Shown here: positions 38,700 through 53,900 of the stretch, piece after piece
Layout: each line of letters starts with the position of its first letter
Numbering within the stretch: position 1 is the first letter of the stretch
From: Mizuhopecten yessoensis
Lineage: Eukaryota
Reading direction: 5' to 3'
DNA: 64,000 nucleotides
Assembly: GCF_002113885.1 (NCBI RefSeq)
Contig: NW_018405386.1
Location: forward strand, 604,154-668,153
The notes under the pieces: model-generated
What the model was told of the DNA's origin: nothing
Database searches by the model: none
The model's input: the letters and a program-made list of their open reading frames with translations, nothing else
Program-made: the position numbers and the translations under genes

Positions 38700-39153
38700 T
38701 TCTTAATGAACTAAATGAAGCTACAGGACAAATGTCATTACCTAGGACTCTTGCTTATTCAGAAGATTCTGTAAGAAGGTTTTTAACCTATTTGACCCCT
38801 GTGACCTTTAAAGTGTGTCAAGGTCATTAACTTGAAAACCCTTTATCCCAGCATGCTACAGGCCAAATATCACCATAGCCTTTTTGGTAATTGAGAAGTC
38901 ACTTAAAAGATTTTGACACAAGTGACACTAAAAGTGGGTCAAGGTCGTTTATTTGAACACAATTGGTAGTCCTTCATTGCAGCATGCTATTTACAAAAAG
39001 CATCCCCTTTTATCAACAGGTAATTAAGAAGTCATTTAAAGACTTTTAACACATTTGACCTCGGTGACCTTGAAAGTAGATTAAGGTCATTCATTTAAAT
39101 TAACTTAAATCTATTCATAGGTTTAATTTCATCACTTTAGGTCTGGTGAGCTA
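38700..39153 (-). mobile_element. Degenerate HINE-like element
   Basis: TTTGACCCCTGTGACCTT...GTCAAGGTCA repeats and GGTGAGCTA terminus as in 60326-61152. Confidence 0.6.
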
Positions 39154-41271
39154 GCAAGGAATAAACAAAACAAAACAAGTTTTCTTATTATCTTTTCAAT
39201 GATACCATCATTTACATCAAAATTCAATTGACAAGATTACATGACACAATTTAAAGGACACAAATTGCATACTGTGCTTTAATGTTAAAAGGGTGGTTTG
39301 TAATCCGATAGATTAACGCTCTACAAACTCAAGTCCTAACGAAACCCTGAAATAAAACATTGGTTTCATAAACATTTAATATAACAGAGATAATGAAATA
39401 CAAATCTAACGTTCATCTTTATCCTCTCGCACACACTCGCACATTCTCCATTCATTTCCTGGATCCTCTTTCAACTCAACATTATGTCTTATTTCATATT
39501 GTGTGCAAGCAGAAATTGTCCTTATATACTTGGGTATAATCTATGGTAGACAAATAATAGAAAAAGAAGGGAACTGAATTATGGAAGCACTTAATTGAAT
39601 AAAAATTTGTAATTATTATTGTTCATATATTATACTATATGATCAATTACGTAAAAAATTACTTGCATAACAGCACCACAAATGTATATTGGTTTTAATA
39701 ATTTCATAGTATGATTTCAGGATCAATCTTTTTCATTTCATTGAGATACACTTCCCAATGTGTTACTTTTTAAAGAGATTTGTTTAAGAATCATCTCCCT
39801 TTGAATACGCTTTTTGATAGGAGATGCATATGATGGTAGGTACCATATTCCCCTAATGTCTGACACCATGATTGAGAAAATCATAAGTAATCAATTTTCA
39901 ATAATTACATACATGTTCCCATCTTGAATTTCAGATTTGTCAAATCAAATTCAATGGGGTTATTTATCTTGTAGGCATGCACAAGTAGTTCAATGGAAAT
40001 CAAAACATTCCTTTAAGAATTATTATACGGAAAACAAGCATCTGTTTTAAAAATTAAAGATGGCCACTGGAAGCCATGCTGATTTCCGGTTTTGTTTCAA
40101 AATCAAACTTGAGAAACCATGCATCTATTTTGCAAATTAAAGATGGCCACTGGCAGCCATGTTGAATTTCAGTTTTGGTTCAAAATCAAACTTGAGCTAA
40201 CAATTGATGCTTAGGATATTTGTAGAAAGCTTTATGAAAAATATTCCTTCAAAAGTGATCACAAGGGAAGCATTTGTGCGGACAACAACAAAGGAGTGAT
40301 CATTATAACGCACTCTTTGTTTCACAGACAACACAATAAAACAAACTTTTATCCTTGGATAAATCAACGACAGAGAAGATAATGAAAGACTGTTTGAATA
40401 TCTATAATACTAACAATAATTTGTCATTTGAGAAATACATATGTAGTGTCATTTCATGCGCAGATACATGTATACAGCTCGTTCATGGAGAAGAGAGTGT
40501 AAAGCTAGGATATGAAATAACGCTGATTATTAAAACAGAAAAAAACCCAATGGACAATCTATTTGAAAGTACATTATATACATAAATGAATTAGCATTTA
40601 AACTCAGCAGGAAATTATATGAAATAAATATTTTAACTTAAACGAGTGCGGTAAAATGTATATTGGTACCATAAATATCTCAACAAATGCAAATGAAATT
40701 AAAAACAAATTTACCGACATAGACTTTTAATAGATTTTTCCTAGTTTTACTTTTGCATGTCTTACATAGAAATGGTTGCATAATTATCAATTAACTGTCT
40801 AAAGAGTTCCCTTTAGACACTAGAGAAAGGGTTACTTCTGTGCAGAAAATCAGAAGAGCTTACACAGAATTTTAATACACACATGCACATGTACGCAGCA
40901 TACATAAAAGGGACATAACAATTAATACAGCACAAATTTAAAACAAAGGAAAAATAACTAGCACAACTACTGACGAAGTCTGCCACCTCTGCAGTAAGTA
41001 CTTGTAATGTGAAGATACAGATGACTCATAATTTATCATTTAAATAACTCAGTTTCCATATTTCATTATTTCCCTATGTGTAATACCTCTGCTATAAACA
41101 ATAGCAGTTAAATATTCACATCAAGTTTTTACTTACACAAAGTTTTTACAGAATAATCAACAAAAGCATAATAAACATTTCCACTTTCATGTGTGTTTTA
41201 TAACACAACTGCGACAAGAAACTGTTTCAGGAACAAATTCACAGAATTTAAATTTAGCACAACACTTTTCT

Positions 41272-41900
41272 AGTCAGATGTCCTATTAGAGACATTACGA
41301 CTCAACAGTCCTATTAGACTTAAGTTACTTGTCGAGTCCTACTGGACTGGCACTATCAATTAACAGTCCTATAAGACTTAAGTTACTTGTCGAGTCCTAC
41401 TGGACTGGCACTATCAATTAACAGTCCTATTAGACTTAAGTTACTTGTCGAGTCCTACTGGACTGGCACTATCAATTAACAGTCCTATAAGACTTAAGTT
41501 ACTTGTCGAGTCCTACTGGACTGGCACTATCAATTAACAGTCCTATTAGACTTAAGTTACTTGTCGAGTCCTACTGGACTGGCACTATCAATTAACAGTC
41601 CTATAAGACTTAAGTTACTTGTCGAGTCCTACTGGACTGGCACTATCAATTAACAGTCCTATTAGACTTAAGTTACTTGTCAAGTCCTACTGGACAGGCA
41701 CTATCAATTAACAGTCCGATTAGACAGACATTACTTTTCAAGTCTTACTAGAATGATACAACTACTTAACAGTCATGCTAGACAGACATAGCTAGCTTGC
41801 AGTCCTACCTACACTAATGCTACTAGTCACCAGTCCTACCTAGACTAATGCTACTAGTCACCAGTCCTTTTTGACTAATGCTACTAGACCTATCAGACTA
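41272..41900. repeat. Minisatellite with 29/58/116-bp hierarchical periodicity
   Basis: 58-bp unit CAGTCCTATTAGACTTAAGTTACTTGTCGAGTCCTACTGGACTGGCACTATCAATTAA at 41306, 41364, 41422, 41480, 41538, 41596, 41654; degenerate flanks. Confidence 0.92.
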
Positions 41901-41905
41901 ATGCT

Positions 41906-41996
41906 TTAACCCTTTCACCCCTATGTAACTTTTGTAGACTCTACCATGTATTGATATGGATGAGTCCATTATGGTCTACAGTGGTGAAAGGGTTAA
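41906..41996. mobile_element. piggyBac-like MITE
   Basis: TTAA CCCTTTCACC...GGTGAAAGGG TTAA. Confidence 0.75.
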
Positions 41997-44902
41997 GTCA
42001 AAAGTTTTTTAAGATTTACATTACTGATGAACTGTCCTAAAAGACTTGGAACTCCTAGTCAACTCTCCTATTAAACTAATGCCCTCTTGTCCACAGTCTT
42101 ATTGCACTAGGACAACTACTCACGGTCTTATTAGACGAACACTTACAAAGGCAAAAACAATTGTGGACTTTGTATTCAAAATACCCCAGTATATTTCAAG
42201 ATGTAAAAATAAATTAAATAAAACCATTTGTAAAATATAAGCATTACCTAGTTTAGTTCTGGTAAAATTTCACCAAGTTTTTATATTCAAAGCAATTCAA
42301 AGTTGAAATAAATTTTAGACATTTTGATGGCAGTGTAAAAAAAAATGTAATTGCAGTTTCCAATGTTTTCTGATAAATAAAGTGCCGCTATTATAGAGTA
42401 ATCCACATTTTCAACAAATGTAATGGTATTATCATGGGTCTGTTCGTTTATACAGAACCACCGGTACATCCCTTTTTAAATGTAAAATTTTCAGGTAAAA
42501 TCATGGCAGACCTGCAATAGTTTATGCAGGCCTTGCAAGGCTTGGTGAAGGTTCGTCTGAAAGCAGCATCAGATTAATAGGTCTGACCTTATTTCATAAA
42601 CAAACAACTCTGGTTGGACCGCTATAAACGAAAACGGCCTATACCACACATTTTTGGGGTTAAAAACAGATTATTAGTTCCATTTGTAGCCCTGAATCTA
42701 CCAAACTCTCTTGAAGCTCTACGTTTTGTAGAGATATGTTTATTAGGCCGAACAGAGTAGAATAGATAAACAAGTATTCCCCTTCCTGGAGTGATAATTA
42801 GGCTAAAACATTTATCTATTTAGTTAACCATTACACAATTTCTAAAATTTATTTAAAACAAGGAAGGTGCAATGATTCATTGGACAATCCTATTTTCTTA
42901 CAACCACTAAAAAACAATGGATTAAAACATGTTTCACACTTAACACTCTTATTATGAATACCCTGGTACATACTCATAGCCAAGTCACTGGCAAGTTATC
43001 ATCTTGTGAAGATCAAATTTTACCTGAACATATTTCATTAGTCCTGGGCTTTGTTAAATAATGTTTTTACTGTGAATTTTATAGATACCCGTAAGATGTT
43101 TTTTTTATTTGACCAGTAAATAAATACATGTATAAACATGGATGAAAAAAACCCATCAAAACATAAGAAACAATTTCAAAATCCATTTTGGTTTTGTTTC
43201 AATTATATATTTTTTTTCCTGAACTATATAATTCAATATATAAAGTAAAGGATAATGTATTTTTTCATTTGGCCTAAAAAGCAAAGATATCAACACATTT
43301 AACTCAGAATGCAAAAAAAAATCATTTTGAAGTAAAACGATTGACAGCAGTTCGTCTCTTTATGTAAGTCGTGATCTGCAAGGTATTCATATTTTTGTAT
43401 TAACTTTTCAGCGAGCTTAATTCACACAAACATATGCAAAGTAAATTATCTAAGCATGATCAATAAAATGTTCGTCACCAGTAGTTGTATTCCACTGGGC
43501 TGCCATCTACGTTTTCTTTGGTTTGGGTATACTGTCACATTGTCAAAATAAAACCCATAAACATAATAAGCTGGCATTTCAAAATATATCAAAGAAACTT
43601 TTTTTTCAATTTCTGAAAAAAACCAAATGCAACTTAGAAACAATATCAGCATTATTATGAAGCTTATTCCTATTTCTATGAGAGAAGCTGCAAATATTAA
43701 CATAAAAACATAACAATATCGGAGGTAAAAATAAAAATACTTCAACAGGACTTCAGACCTCTGTAACCCCTGCAAAAAAATCTGTATCCATGGAAACAAT
43801 TCCCACTCAATCATGACCTTGGCCCCTCATGGTCAAACTTTGAACCATACTGCAAACCTTGGCTAAAATGTTCCAACTTTGTCCAATCTTTCCAACTTTG
43901 GTATAATTGTTCCAAAATAGGTCTGACCATTTCACCTTTGTCAGAACCATTTTAGCTGTGGGGCAATAGTTTAGATATTGGCTGAGTTTTTCCGGGCTGT
44001 TTCAATGTTAGTACTATACTGATACCCAGCCGTCTCAAATTCAGCCAGGACTTCCGATGTGATCCAATCACTCCACCAGTCTTCAGCCAACTGTAGCCTC
44101 ATTGTTCCATATTTTACTAAACTAAGTCAACTGTTTAATTTGGCCCTTAACCATGCAGTGTCCGCTTATTCCAATCAAATCATTTTAATATTTGATCCAA
44201 CAAATCAAAGAACTCTTGAGCCCAGTAATTTAAACCACACTTAGCAACAACAACAACAAAAAAATCCAAAATAGAATTTTCATACATGATGTATTCAATA
44301 TTAAAAAAACCCACTTCAAATCTTTACTTCTTTGTTTGGGTATTGAAAATTTTCACCTGTACGGTCTAAAATCTCATTTTTAAAACTTAACATATTAACT
44401 TCAAGCTAACATTGGTTTTGGCTTGAGGCTTGGTTGTTTAAAATCTGAGCATTTTGAGAAAATTTAATTTAAATTGTTCAAGTTTTATTATTTTCCAAAG
44501 TGTTAAAAACCACTAAAACCCCAGAGATTAATGGATTTGAATAATACTTGTATTTGCCACAGTAAGCATCCTTTAGACACTAAAATGAGAGATGGGTAGC
44601 CAAACTTTTTTCTACAAGAATAAAATTAAGACGGGGCACTTACTGAGGGAGAGGGGGCACAAATTATGGCAAATAGGAAAACACGTTAGAACATTTCATA
44701 AAAGTTTCCATTTGAAAATATTCAGTTTAATTGAGTTATTTAACTGACAAAAGTTTAAACTACTGAATGTTGGCTATTTAAAAAATAAAATGGAAAGCGG
44801 CAGCAGGGTAGTCACTAGATACACAACACTTCCACCTGTTTACATGGTAGAAAATCCTCGAATAACACACACAGCTGTAGAAATACCTAGGGGGAGCCGC
44901 TA

Positions 44903-47900
44903 TCAGCTACGCTTCATAGACGTGGAATACACAGAGATGAAAGAATCGGAACCTCCAGCAGCCAGCTTGACCTGGAAACAGAAAAATGATGAACAGTACA
45001 AAACACAAACATAATATCAGAAGATACTCTGACAGTATATTGTAATCAAGATGATTTTTTTTTTTTGTCATTGTTCCTTTTTCATCATCTTTCCAATATT
45101 TTAGGTGCTCATGTGGCGCACAGTTGATAATGTAATCACCGTTCACTATGATGACCTGGGTTGACTTCCCCATCAGACGTGAAAATGTATGGGGTCATCT
45201 GCCTGACCATGTGGGTTTTTGGGTACTCAGGGTTTCCTCCCACATTAAATCCCTCTGACCATTTCCATCTTTGCCAACAAGGGTGACCAATATAAGTTGA
45301 AAAAACGTTTTTCAGAACTGCTGTAAAATATGTTTATATGTAATATTTCTGGTTAAGAAATGTACCGCTGAGCTTAAATAATCGTACTTGACATTTTGGT
45401 TTCTGGAGAAATTGTCCAGATTATAAAATTTAAGGGTATTATTGTCATCCAAGTTGAATAGCTATCCTACGGTTAGATATTTTTGTTTTGAAGGACTTTA
45501 GGAACAGACGAAGTCCAAAGTCAGGTGGGAGTTTGTGCCTTATAGGGACAGTTCTACTCTGGTACTTCCCTACATACAATCCTACCTTATAAGGATGGAA
45601 GGCCAGACAGCTGATGGCGCCGATTCTCTGTCCAAGGAAGCCCTCGTGGTATTTAATGGTACTCAGACTGTCCCCTGACTGGTTATAGACGCCAATGTAC
45701 TGGTTCATAGAGCCACTGAAATGTAAACGACACTTTATAGAGTTCTGATTTAAGATTGTGTCAAACCGGCATCAAGCAGGAAACAAGAGGGAAAAGCTCT
45801 CATCCCAAGGAGATCTCACAGCTGACTAGGGCAGGTACTGAAAAGTAAAGGTTTTTTTTCGCAGTCCTAATTTTTGAAGATTTGCCAAAATGCGGGATCT
45901 TATTTCTTACAGTCCTTCTCACTAATGATGAATTAACTTGTTTTTAATAATAAGAGGAAATTTTCTCCCGGAAAAATTGTTACAGCCAAATAAGGCAAAA
46001 ATTAGAACACATCAACTTTTGTTTTTTATAAATTAGTGTAACTACCTTGGAAGTTATAATGTATCTCAAGATGTTCTAAGTTTTAACTCTATTTTCCAGC
46101 AGAAACTTACCAGGCTATGACATCAGCTAAGTTATGCATATCAACAGCAGTAAGTCCTTGTTGCAGATTTAACACGCGGACTGACTCTGTAAACCTCGGA
46201 TCCCAGAACCTCACGTCACCACCATTGCTGAAACAGACTTGGAATGTTAGTTTTACACAAAGACTGGGTGCAAATTGTCAAAAAGAAGTCTTTGGCATGA
46301 ACTAGTGGTGCTGTAGAAAGTTCTTTCCCTTTATTTTTGTTTTTTGATTTTATTAAATTTTAGTTATTACTGTGCTTTTACAAGTATCTCATTTTTAAAT
46401 GTGGATATGAATATCAGAAAAAAATAAACACGACAACAAAACAATTTTTGGAGTAAGAAACAGTTTTAGACTGATAAAAGGTTTTTTGTTACCGATGACC
46501 CTTGACCTATTGACCCTTACCTTGTGCTGACAATCTTGCCCTCTGACCCCTTCTGTAGGTGAACATTGAGGACTCTGTGGTTGTGCTCCCTGAGGGTCAT
46601 CACTCGACTGTCAAACAAAACCAGAGAAAATAGTTTTATCTACTTAATGGTCAATACAGCCTAAGTTTATTCAGGGTCTGGTTGTTTTAAACCTCCTTAA
46701 TGTCATAATGTTGGATCATAAAAGTCATCAAAATATTTTTTTAAGCAATTAAATTAATCAATAAAGACTTGGTTACACCAATGTCTGGTTACCATTCTGT
46801 TGGGCCCAGCCTCCTGTCAAACAGGCGTACAGTTCCGTCCCCACAGCCAGCTATGAGGAGAGAGCGGCCGACAGAGTCCGACGCGAGGCTCGTAACACAA
46901 CTGTCTGCGCCAGTAGGTATGTCCTACAATAAAACCAAATACACGGAATCAAGGACTTGAGAATGTTTTGTCAAATCATGACAACTTTGGTTTTTACAAG
47001 AAAGAAAGTATGGGAAAAAATAACTTTGAGGGAAACATGATTCTAGTAAACAAAACACTTTTGATAAACATATAAACAACAATTCTTGTACAATATATAA
47101 ATATTCTATTTATTTCTCAGGACTAGATAGGACTGTTACTGTCAACAACATGAAGGTTATAGCAACATTGACCTTGACATTGCTATTTATAGCAACTGTG
47201 ACCTTGACCTTTAATGTAACAACCTCTGACTTACAAGGGGAGATAATTAATGATATACAGACCTGAAGTTTCATTTCTGACCGCGAGTCCCAGATTTTTA
47301 TGGTCCTGACGTCCCCTGATGCCAGTAACATGCCCGACTCCTGTTCCCAATCAATCACCAGCCCAGAGCCTGTAAATCCATAATCAAAATATCACTTTCA
47401 GGCCAAGATCGATTGAATTTATTCATAACTAATTTTGAAAAAATATGTTTTGTCATTAATAGGAATAATTTTCCCCCTGATTTTAAATTTAATAGAATGT
47501 TTTCAACAATGTGGATATCCCTTATATCAAATTAAGAAAAAGCTATTAAAATCCCTTTGAATATGGCAGATGAATTTTATTCCATTGTTGCAAGCTAAAT
47601 CTAAGACCTAATGTATTGATCTTGGAGTATACCTCTAGAAAGTGGGATCATGTCGGACAGAGCCTGGAAAGCAGACACTATTTCCACATCCTCTAGGCAG
47701 TCCCTCCATATCCGCACCGCTCCGTCATCTGAGAAACAAAACGTTGAGACAAATACATGTAAAGCAACACAAAATATTGATCTGCACCTAGACTGCTCCA
47801 AACAATTATCTAATTGTATTTCTCTTCGCTGAGTCAATATACGAGAAAATAAGAGATTTGCTTTCATAAACTAAAACATGTGTCTCCCCTTGTTAGCCAA

Positions 47901-50900
47901 CAATATGCATATTTACTGTTCTCTGATTGTGCCTGATGTGCAAGAACAGAAAGGCCCCAGGCAAACCTTTAATCATTAATTTTTCACTTTGCACCTTTTG
48001 TGGTTAATCTATTTGTGGTTGATGTAGGTATACTTCAAGTTTTACAAAGATGTCTTAAATGTCTTAAAAGTCACACAGCTTGGACAAGATGTTATTACAA
48101 AATGCAGGAATAGTACTTCTAAATTGTCGCCCTTTTATTTGAAGGTGAGACTGTCAGACATAATAAGCAATGTTTAGCAATTGAAAATTCTGACTTTTCG
48201 CTAGTTGGAAGTAGAGTGTTACTGTATATAACAGCAAAAATAAATAACAAAATCAAACAATTTATCCTACCTACATATCTGTGGATGCTTACTCATTTTT
48301 AAGGATATGATAAACAACTTCTTTCTTAACCTGGGGCCTGTTTGTTTATGCGAAACAACCAGTGTGTCTGTTTTTAAATGTTCAGACTTTGCAAGGCTTT
48401 GTCAAGGTTTGCCTGAAAGCAACATCAGATTACTAGGTCCGACCTTAGTTCATAAACGGAAAACTCTGGTCAAACCAGGCGGATAACAATAAACAATAGC
48501 GGCCTTGGGATGAGCAAGTTATACTGTATACCGCTGTAGCCTAATTTTATAGGATTTATCGTTACAGCGAACATTTGTTAACAACAACATAATATACAAA
48601 GTTATTAAATGTGAAGAGCAATTTAACATAGAACGAAAATGGATTTTACAGCAAAGGACAAAAGTTGAATGGGCAAAAATTTCCCATCAGTATTTGAATT
48701 GACAGAGATAGGTCCAAGAACCATTATTCTGTTTTGTACATACCTGAGCCAGTCAGCATTAATGTATCGTCGTGAGCATTGAGGAACTCTATGGAAGTGA
48801 TCTTGGTGTGTTTTGGATTTTCGTTATATATACTCCCGAGTTTGGTTCCTTGTTCCCAGTTCCAAAAACTACAACAAATTATAATAGTTATCATCATAAG
48901 TTAGTTGTTATCAATGAACTTAGGTTGCTTGAGTGTAAAAATTACCAGAAGTGTGTTTGCATGGAACACAATTTACTGTTTATATACCCTTGCAAAGATA
49001 TGTTTGAATACATATTTACCAGATGTTCAAATCAGTGACGTCATGTTCTTGCAAGTTAATGTGAAAACTATTATTTTCCTGAAATAAATCAGTTTGTTTA
49101 CCATATGTATATGGCACAGTTACCAGTGACGGCGGTACCACAATCTCTCCTCTTACCTAACGTTATCCTTGTCAGCGACGGCCATGAAGGACTCGTAAGG
49201 GTGAAACTTTATCACAGAGGGTATGCCTGGATTTCTATTTACAAATACCTGGTCATCAAGTCGATTAAAACCTGCGAAGAATAGCTCAAAATCAAAAGTG
49301 GGAAAATGTAAATTCTTAAAAGCCGAGGTAATATATGTAGTACTTAGACTTACACACCTAAACTTAACCTAGTGCTGAATGCCTAAGTAACAGCCAAGTA
49401 ATCCTGCAGCTAAGTACATACCACGATTTCTCTTCGGTGGATATTTGTGCTAGTTTTGTGTTTACTTTATCATATTCCAACATATAGACACACAATCAAA
49501 ATATATACTGCTGTAGCATTGAAAAAGCATTTTTCTTCTTAAAGTGTTCTGAAAAGTGGGCCCTGCCACTATATAACTGTAATATGTGCGTGGGAGGTTG
49601 TACATTTATTCAGCTCCTTTTGGGTCTGTGTTATGAACTGTTCAATAACAGTGCCATATACCTTAATAAAGCACACCTACAGCTCTATTTACCCTACAGA
49701 CAGCAATACCTAAACCAAGCAGGTGGGATTCAGCAAACACAGAGATACATAAGGCCAAATAAAATTAATTACTTGGTTCTCAGGCCAATTTTTTTCAAAA
49801 TAGATGCGGTAGGGCGGTATTAATTTTCCCCATTTTACATGGCAAAAACGAGACGACCGTGATTTTTTTTCATTGTGTAGTTTGTAAAACGTTCATTGTG
49901 GACATTACCTTTCCTTTTTATAGTTGTGTAGAGACTCGTCATAGAGCAAGCCTCCGAAAACCCCCCCACAATGTCCCAGACGAGAATCACGACCCCGCCA
50001 TTCCTTATTTGTACCGAAATGAGCGCCATTTGTACACAAGACTAATAAGTCATAATAATTTTAACGCTTGCCTGTATCTCAATCCTTACCTTTATTCAAA
50101 CGTTTTGGGACTTCGGTGACTAACGAGTAAAACCGACATGCGGACCAATTTTCCAGATTTTTTTTAAGATGGTGGCTGGCGCATTCACGATTTTTTTTTA
50201 TTATTACTTTCACGATAAAATCGACAATGCGCACGTTGCCATGAAATGCGCGCGGGCCTGAGAACCAAGCTATCAATTTTTTTTGGCCTTAATGCCTACT
50301 CGGAGGTTTACACATCGTACCTGCACGCAGCTGCTCTTCCTTAGCCTCATTTCTAACATGAGCATTGCGTGTGAAGTGGTACTCTCGTTCATGGTGTGGG
50401 AAGCTCTCCGGATCCTGCTCGTCTGAAAGTCGCATTAGCGGCTGAGCAAAATGTTTACAACACCAGGGGAAATAATCGGTAGAAACCACAGATGGATGCT
50501 TCACACGACTAGCCGATCCGTCTTCCTTCTCCTCGACCTGTAGGGAGTGATGTAAAGTGGGTCACATTTAAATCAGTATTTTCAAAAAACAGTCAAGTCC
50601 TGATTATCCAATCACCACTATCACCACTGTCTACGACCTACAGGAGCTAATATCCTCTGATCAATATATAATAATATGCGTCATGTGAAAATCCTGCAAT
50701 CTAATTGGTCCAGACATTTTGTTTATTTCTCACTGATACATTTTATTTAAAATTGAGTCAATGAAAGGCTGCAGAACAATGCCGTAGTTACTATGTTGGC
50801 TGCTGTACCAGATGATCGTACAATTGGATTTTCCAGAGTGACAATTGGATTTTCCAGAGTGACCAAGTCAAAATGATTGCAGCAGTCAAGACTCATAGAT

Positions 50901-53900
50901 TAATTTATTTTTTGAGTTTGAATTGTTCACTGTTATTTTCTGAAAAATTTACGTGAATACAACATTTGTTACCCAATTCAAACCTTTGTTTGTTATTGAC
51001 TTTCTGTATAATAAAATAAATACTTCATGCATTAAAGGATGATAGTGTCTAATGTCACCCTGACTGTATCACCGACCCCTGAGGCAAATGTAATAAGTTT
51101 AATTTTACCTGAGTAGGACCTTTATCGAATATCTTCCGATTGCGACTGAATTGTGTGGAATATGTGTAAGGACTAGATGTAGTGCTTGGTAATCGTGGTG
51201 ACGAGAAGTCACGCTTGATGCCACCAGTGACAGGCCGCCCTGACTCGTCAAACAAGTAGTTCTGAGGAGGTGTTCTGTAAACAAAGGAAGGTTACACACT
51301 GTAGTTTGTTGAGAAGAGCGTTCTTGTGATGTATCTGAAGGCAAATGGATCAATAATTAAATGTTACACTGAGCAACCTCAATAGATAATAAAATCTTCC
51401 CCTACTTTGAGGGTGTGACAGAGAAATCTCCAATCCGAGGGGTGATGTTTTTTGGTTGTCTAATAAAAAAACATCACCCTTGGGGTTGGAGATTTCTCTG
51501 TTACACCCTCAAGGTAGGGGATGATTGTTTTTCTCCCATCCTGTTATTTCAGTCAAAACTCCACCGACAGTAGTCTGCCAAAAACACATGTGGGGTATGA
51601 ATATCTCCATTCACTTTTGATGATGTCACAATAACCGGCGACACATTTTGATGACGGCACAATTGAACACATGGGTGACAAGCTGATCTTTCCCGGCTAA
51701 ATCGGGAGACACACCTGTGAAAGGTGGGAGAAACCCCCATCAAAAGTTCTGTTATTTCTCCGATATCTTTTACAGGAGATCATAAAAACATCCTTCAGCA
51801 TTCACTGGTGAGAATGAACATGGTCAATATGCATATTTTGTGATCTTTGTACTGACTTACCCCTGTGCTGGGTTGACAGGTCTATTTGAGGGGCTGGCGG
51901 GGGCTGAATGAGTCATAGCTGGGTTGGGTATCATTTGTGAGGGTTTTGAGGTGGTGGTAGCCTGTTGAACACAAAAACTTATTTATCACATTCACATACA
52001 ACTTTGGTTAATGTTCATATTAATACCACAATCCATGAAAAACATGCAAAAAGGATGTCTTGTTTGAAGTTATCCGATACTAGGCCAAAGTCCAAAAATT
52101 GGTACTTCAAAATGGTGTTTCATTAGAGACGTTTTCTTTCTAAATACAGCATATCTGACATATGTATTCATGCTTGCCATGATACAAATGTTATAAAATA
52201 GGTAAATGATGACCATGTACACAAAAATCGGTATCTAGAACTTGTACATTTTTCGAACAAAGTGATCTGATAGGCTAATTAGGAAAATTACTATTTGTGT
52301 GTGAAACCCCATGTGAAACCTAACTAACTTGATGCCACGGCCAATCAATGCAACACCAATGATATCATCCACTGTGGTCTAAAACTCACAATAATTGTCT
52401 TGACAAGTTAGACAAAAACCAATGGTTTGTAGCTGTACAGCTTACACTTACCTGTGACAACCCTGATTGTTTATACACAGATGGTGTCAGCCACAATACA
52501 CAAAGGATTAGATAGACCATTTTTTTCTGGATGCTTTTATATTGTTTATTTTTCATATATAGTAGCCAATCTAGTGGCCACATCCTATTTTTAGTAGCTA
52601 AGGTAAACTTCAATTTGGCTACTGTCACTGTGAGCCCTGTACAGGTGCTGGCAGCTGTGGGTATGTTCCAAGAATGACTCCAGAATGTCATAAAATTAGT
52701 TATACATGTAATGGTAATAATGTATTTCAAATATTTACCTCCATGCACCTACTGTATATTTTTTTCATTTTTACTTTTTTAATGAAACTAGAATTGTGTC
52801 TGTATGACACCAATTCCCAACTCCCCCTCCTAAGAACTTAGAAGCAACTTTTTTGAGAAACAATTCTTAAATAAACTAACTGTAGCTTGACCTAGCTCAG
52901 GTTTATAGACTACCCTTTCTATAGAAACGATATAAGCTATCAAACTACGCATTTTAAAAGTGTATCATACCTTGAGTTTGATGGTATTGACGATGTATTT
53001 AGCCATGTCTGCGACCTCGTGGACCGGGTCAACGGCGAGTTGTATAAGAGTCTTCCACACCATGATGTATATGTTGCTGAAACTGAGGCCGGGGATGGAG
53101 GGGTTGGATCCTGCCCGTTTGCCCCGCGTGTCCGGAACATTGGACATGCTTTCAACACTTGAGGTACTGTCCATGGAACTAATACTGCTGCAGAAACTTG
53201 TGTTGCCTGGTGACGGCTGCAAACCTGAAGCTGAACACATCGAAAGTTTGTGTCACATTAAATCATCTCTGGATTTATAACAATAAGAATGGGATGATGT
53301 ATTTCAAACCAAGGCCTATCTCTTAGATACAGGTGAGCCTCATCTATCCAGCCACCTCTAATAAATCCACTTGCCCAATTATCCAGCTAGTGTTTCGGGG
53401 GACATATTGACCTTTTTCTATATCCAGTCAGTGTTTCGGGGGACAGATAGGCCTTTTTCTATATCCAGCCAGTGTTTCGGGGGACAGATTAACCTTTTTC
53501 TATATCCAGCCAGTGTTTCGGAGGACAGATAAGCCTTTTTCTATATCCAGTCAGTGTTTCGGGGGACAGATAAGCCTTTTTCTATATCCAGCCAGTGTTT
53601 CGGGGGACAGATAAGCCTTTTTCTATATCCAGTCAGTGTTTCGGGGGACAGATAAGCCTTTTTCTACTCTCCCTGTAATCCAAGCCATCTCACAGGCTTA
53701 GCTTCTTTGGCTAAAACTGAAGGTGGAAGGATGATACTGAGGCTCCTGTGTGGATTGAAGCTTGGATAACTATCATGCTATAGTACTTAAGTATAATGGC
53801 TTACATGCATGATTACCAAACAGGAACAGCATACAGATTTTTCAAACCGTCTATTCAGTTCCTTACTTATCCTCTATCCTGTTGTCATCATAATGGTTCT

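Noticed and set aside
41272-41900. CRISPR-like array (palindromic repeats with spacers)
   Set aside because: The linkers repeat rather than being unique, the context is eukaryotic and there are no cas genes.
43446-43814. 122-aa hydrophobic ORF downstream of RPTOR
   Set aside because: T-rich low-complexity sequence with no splice or domain support; likely 3' UTR or intergenic.
53380-53666. 41-bp array as another splice-junction array
   Set aside because: The unit has no similarity to the nearby acceptor at 53230 and starts ~150 bp away.
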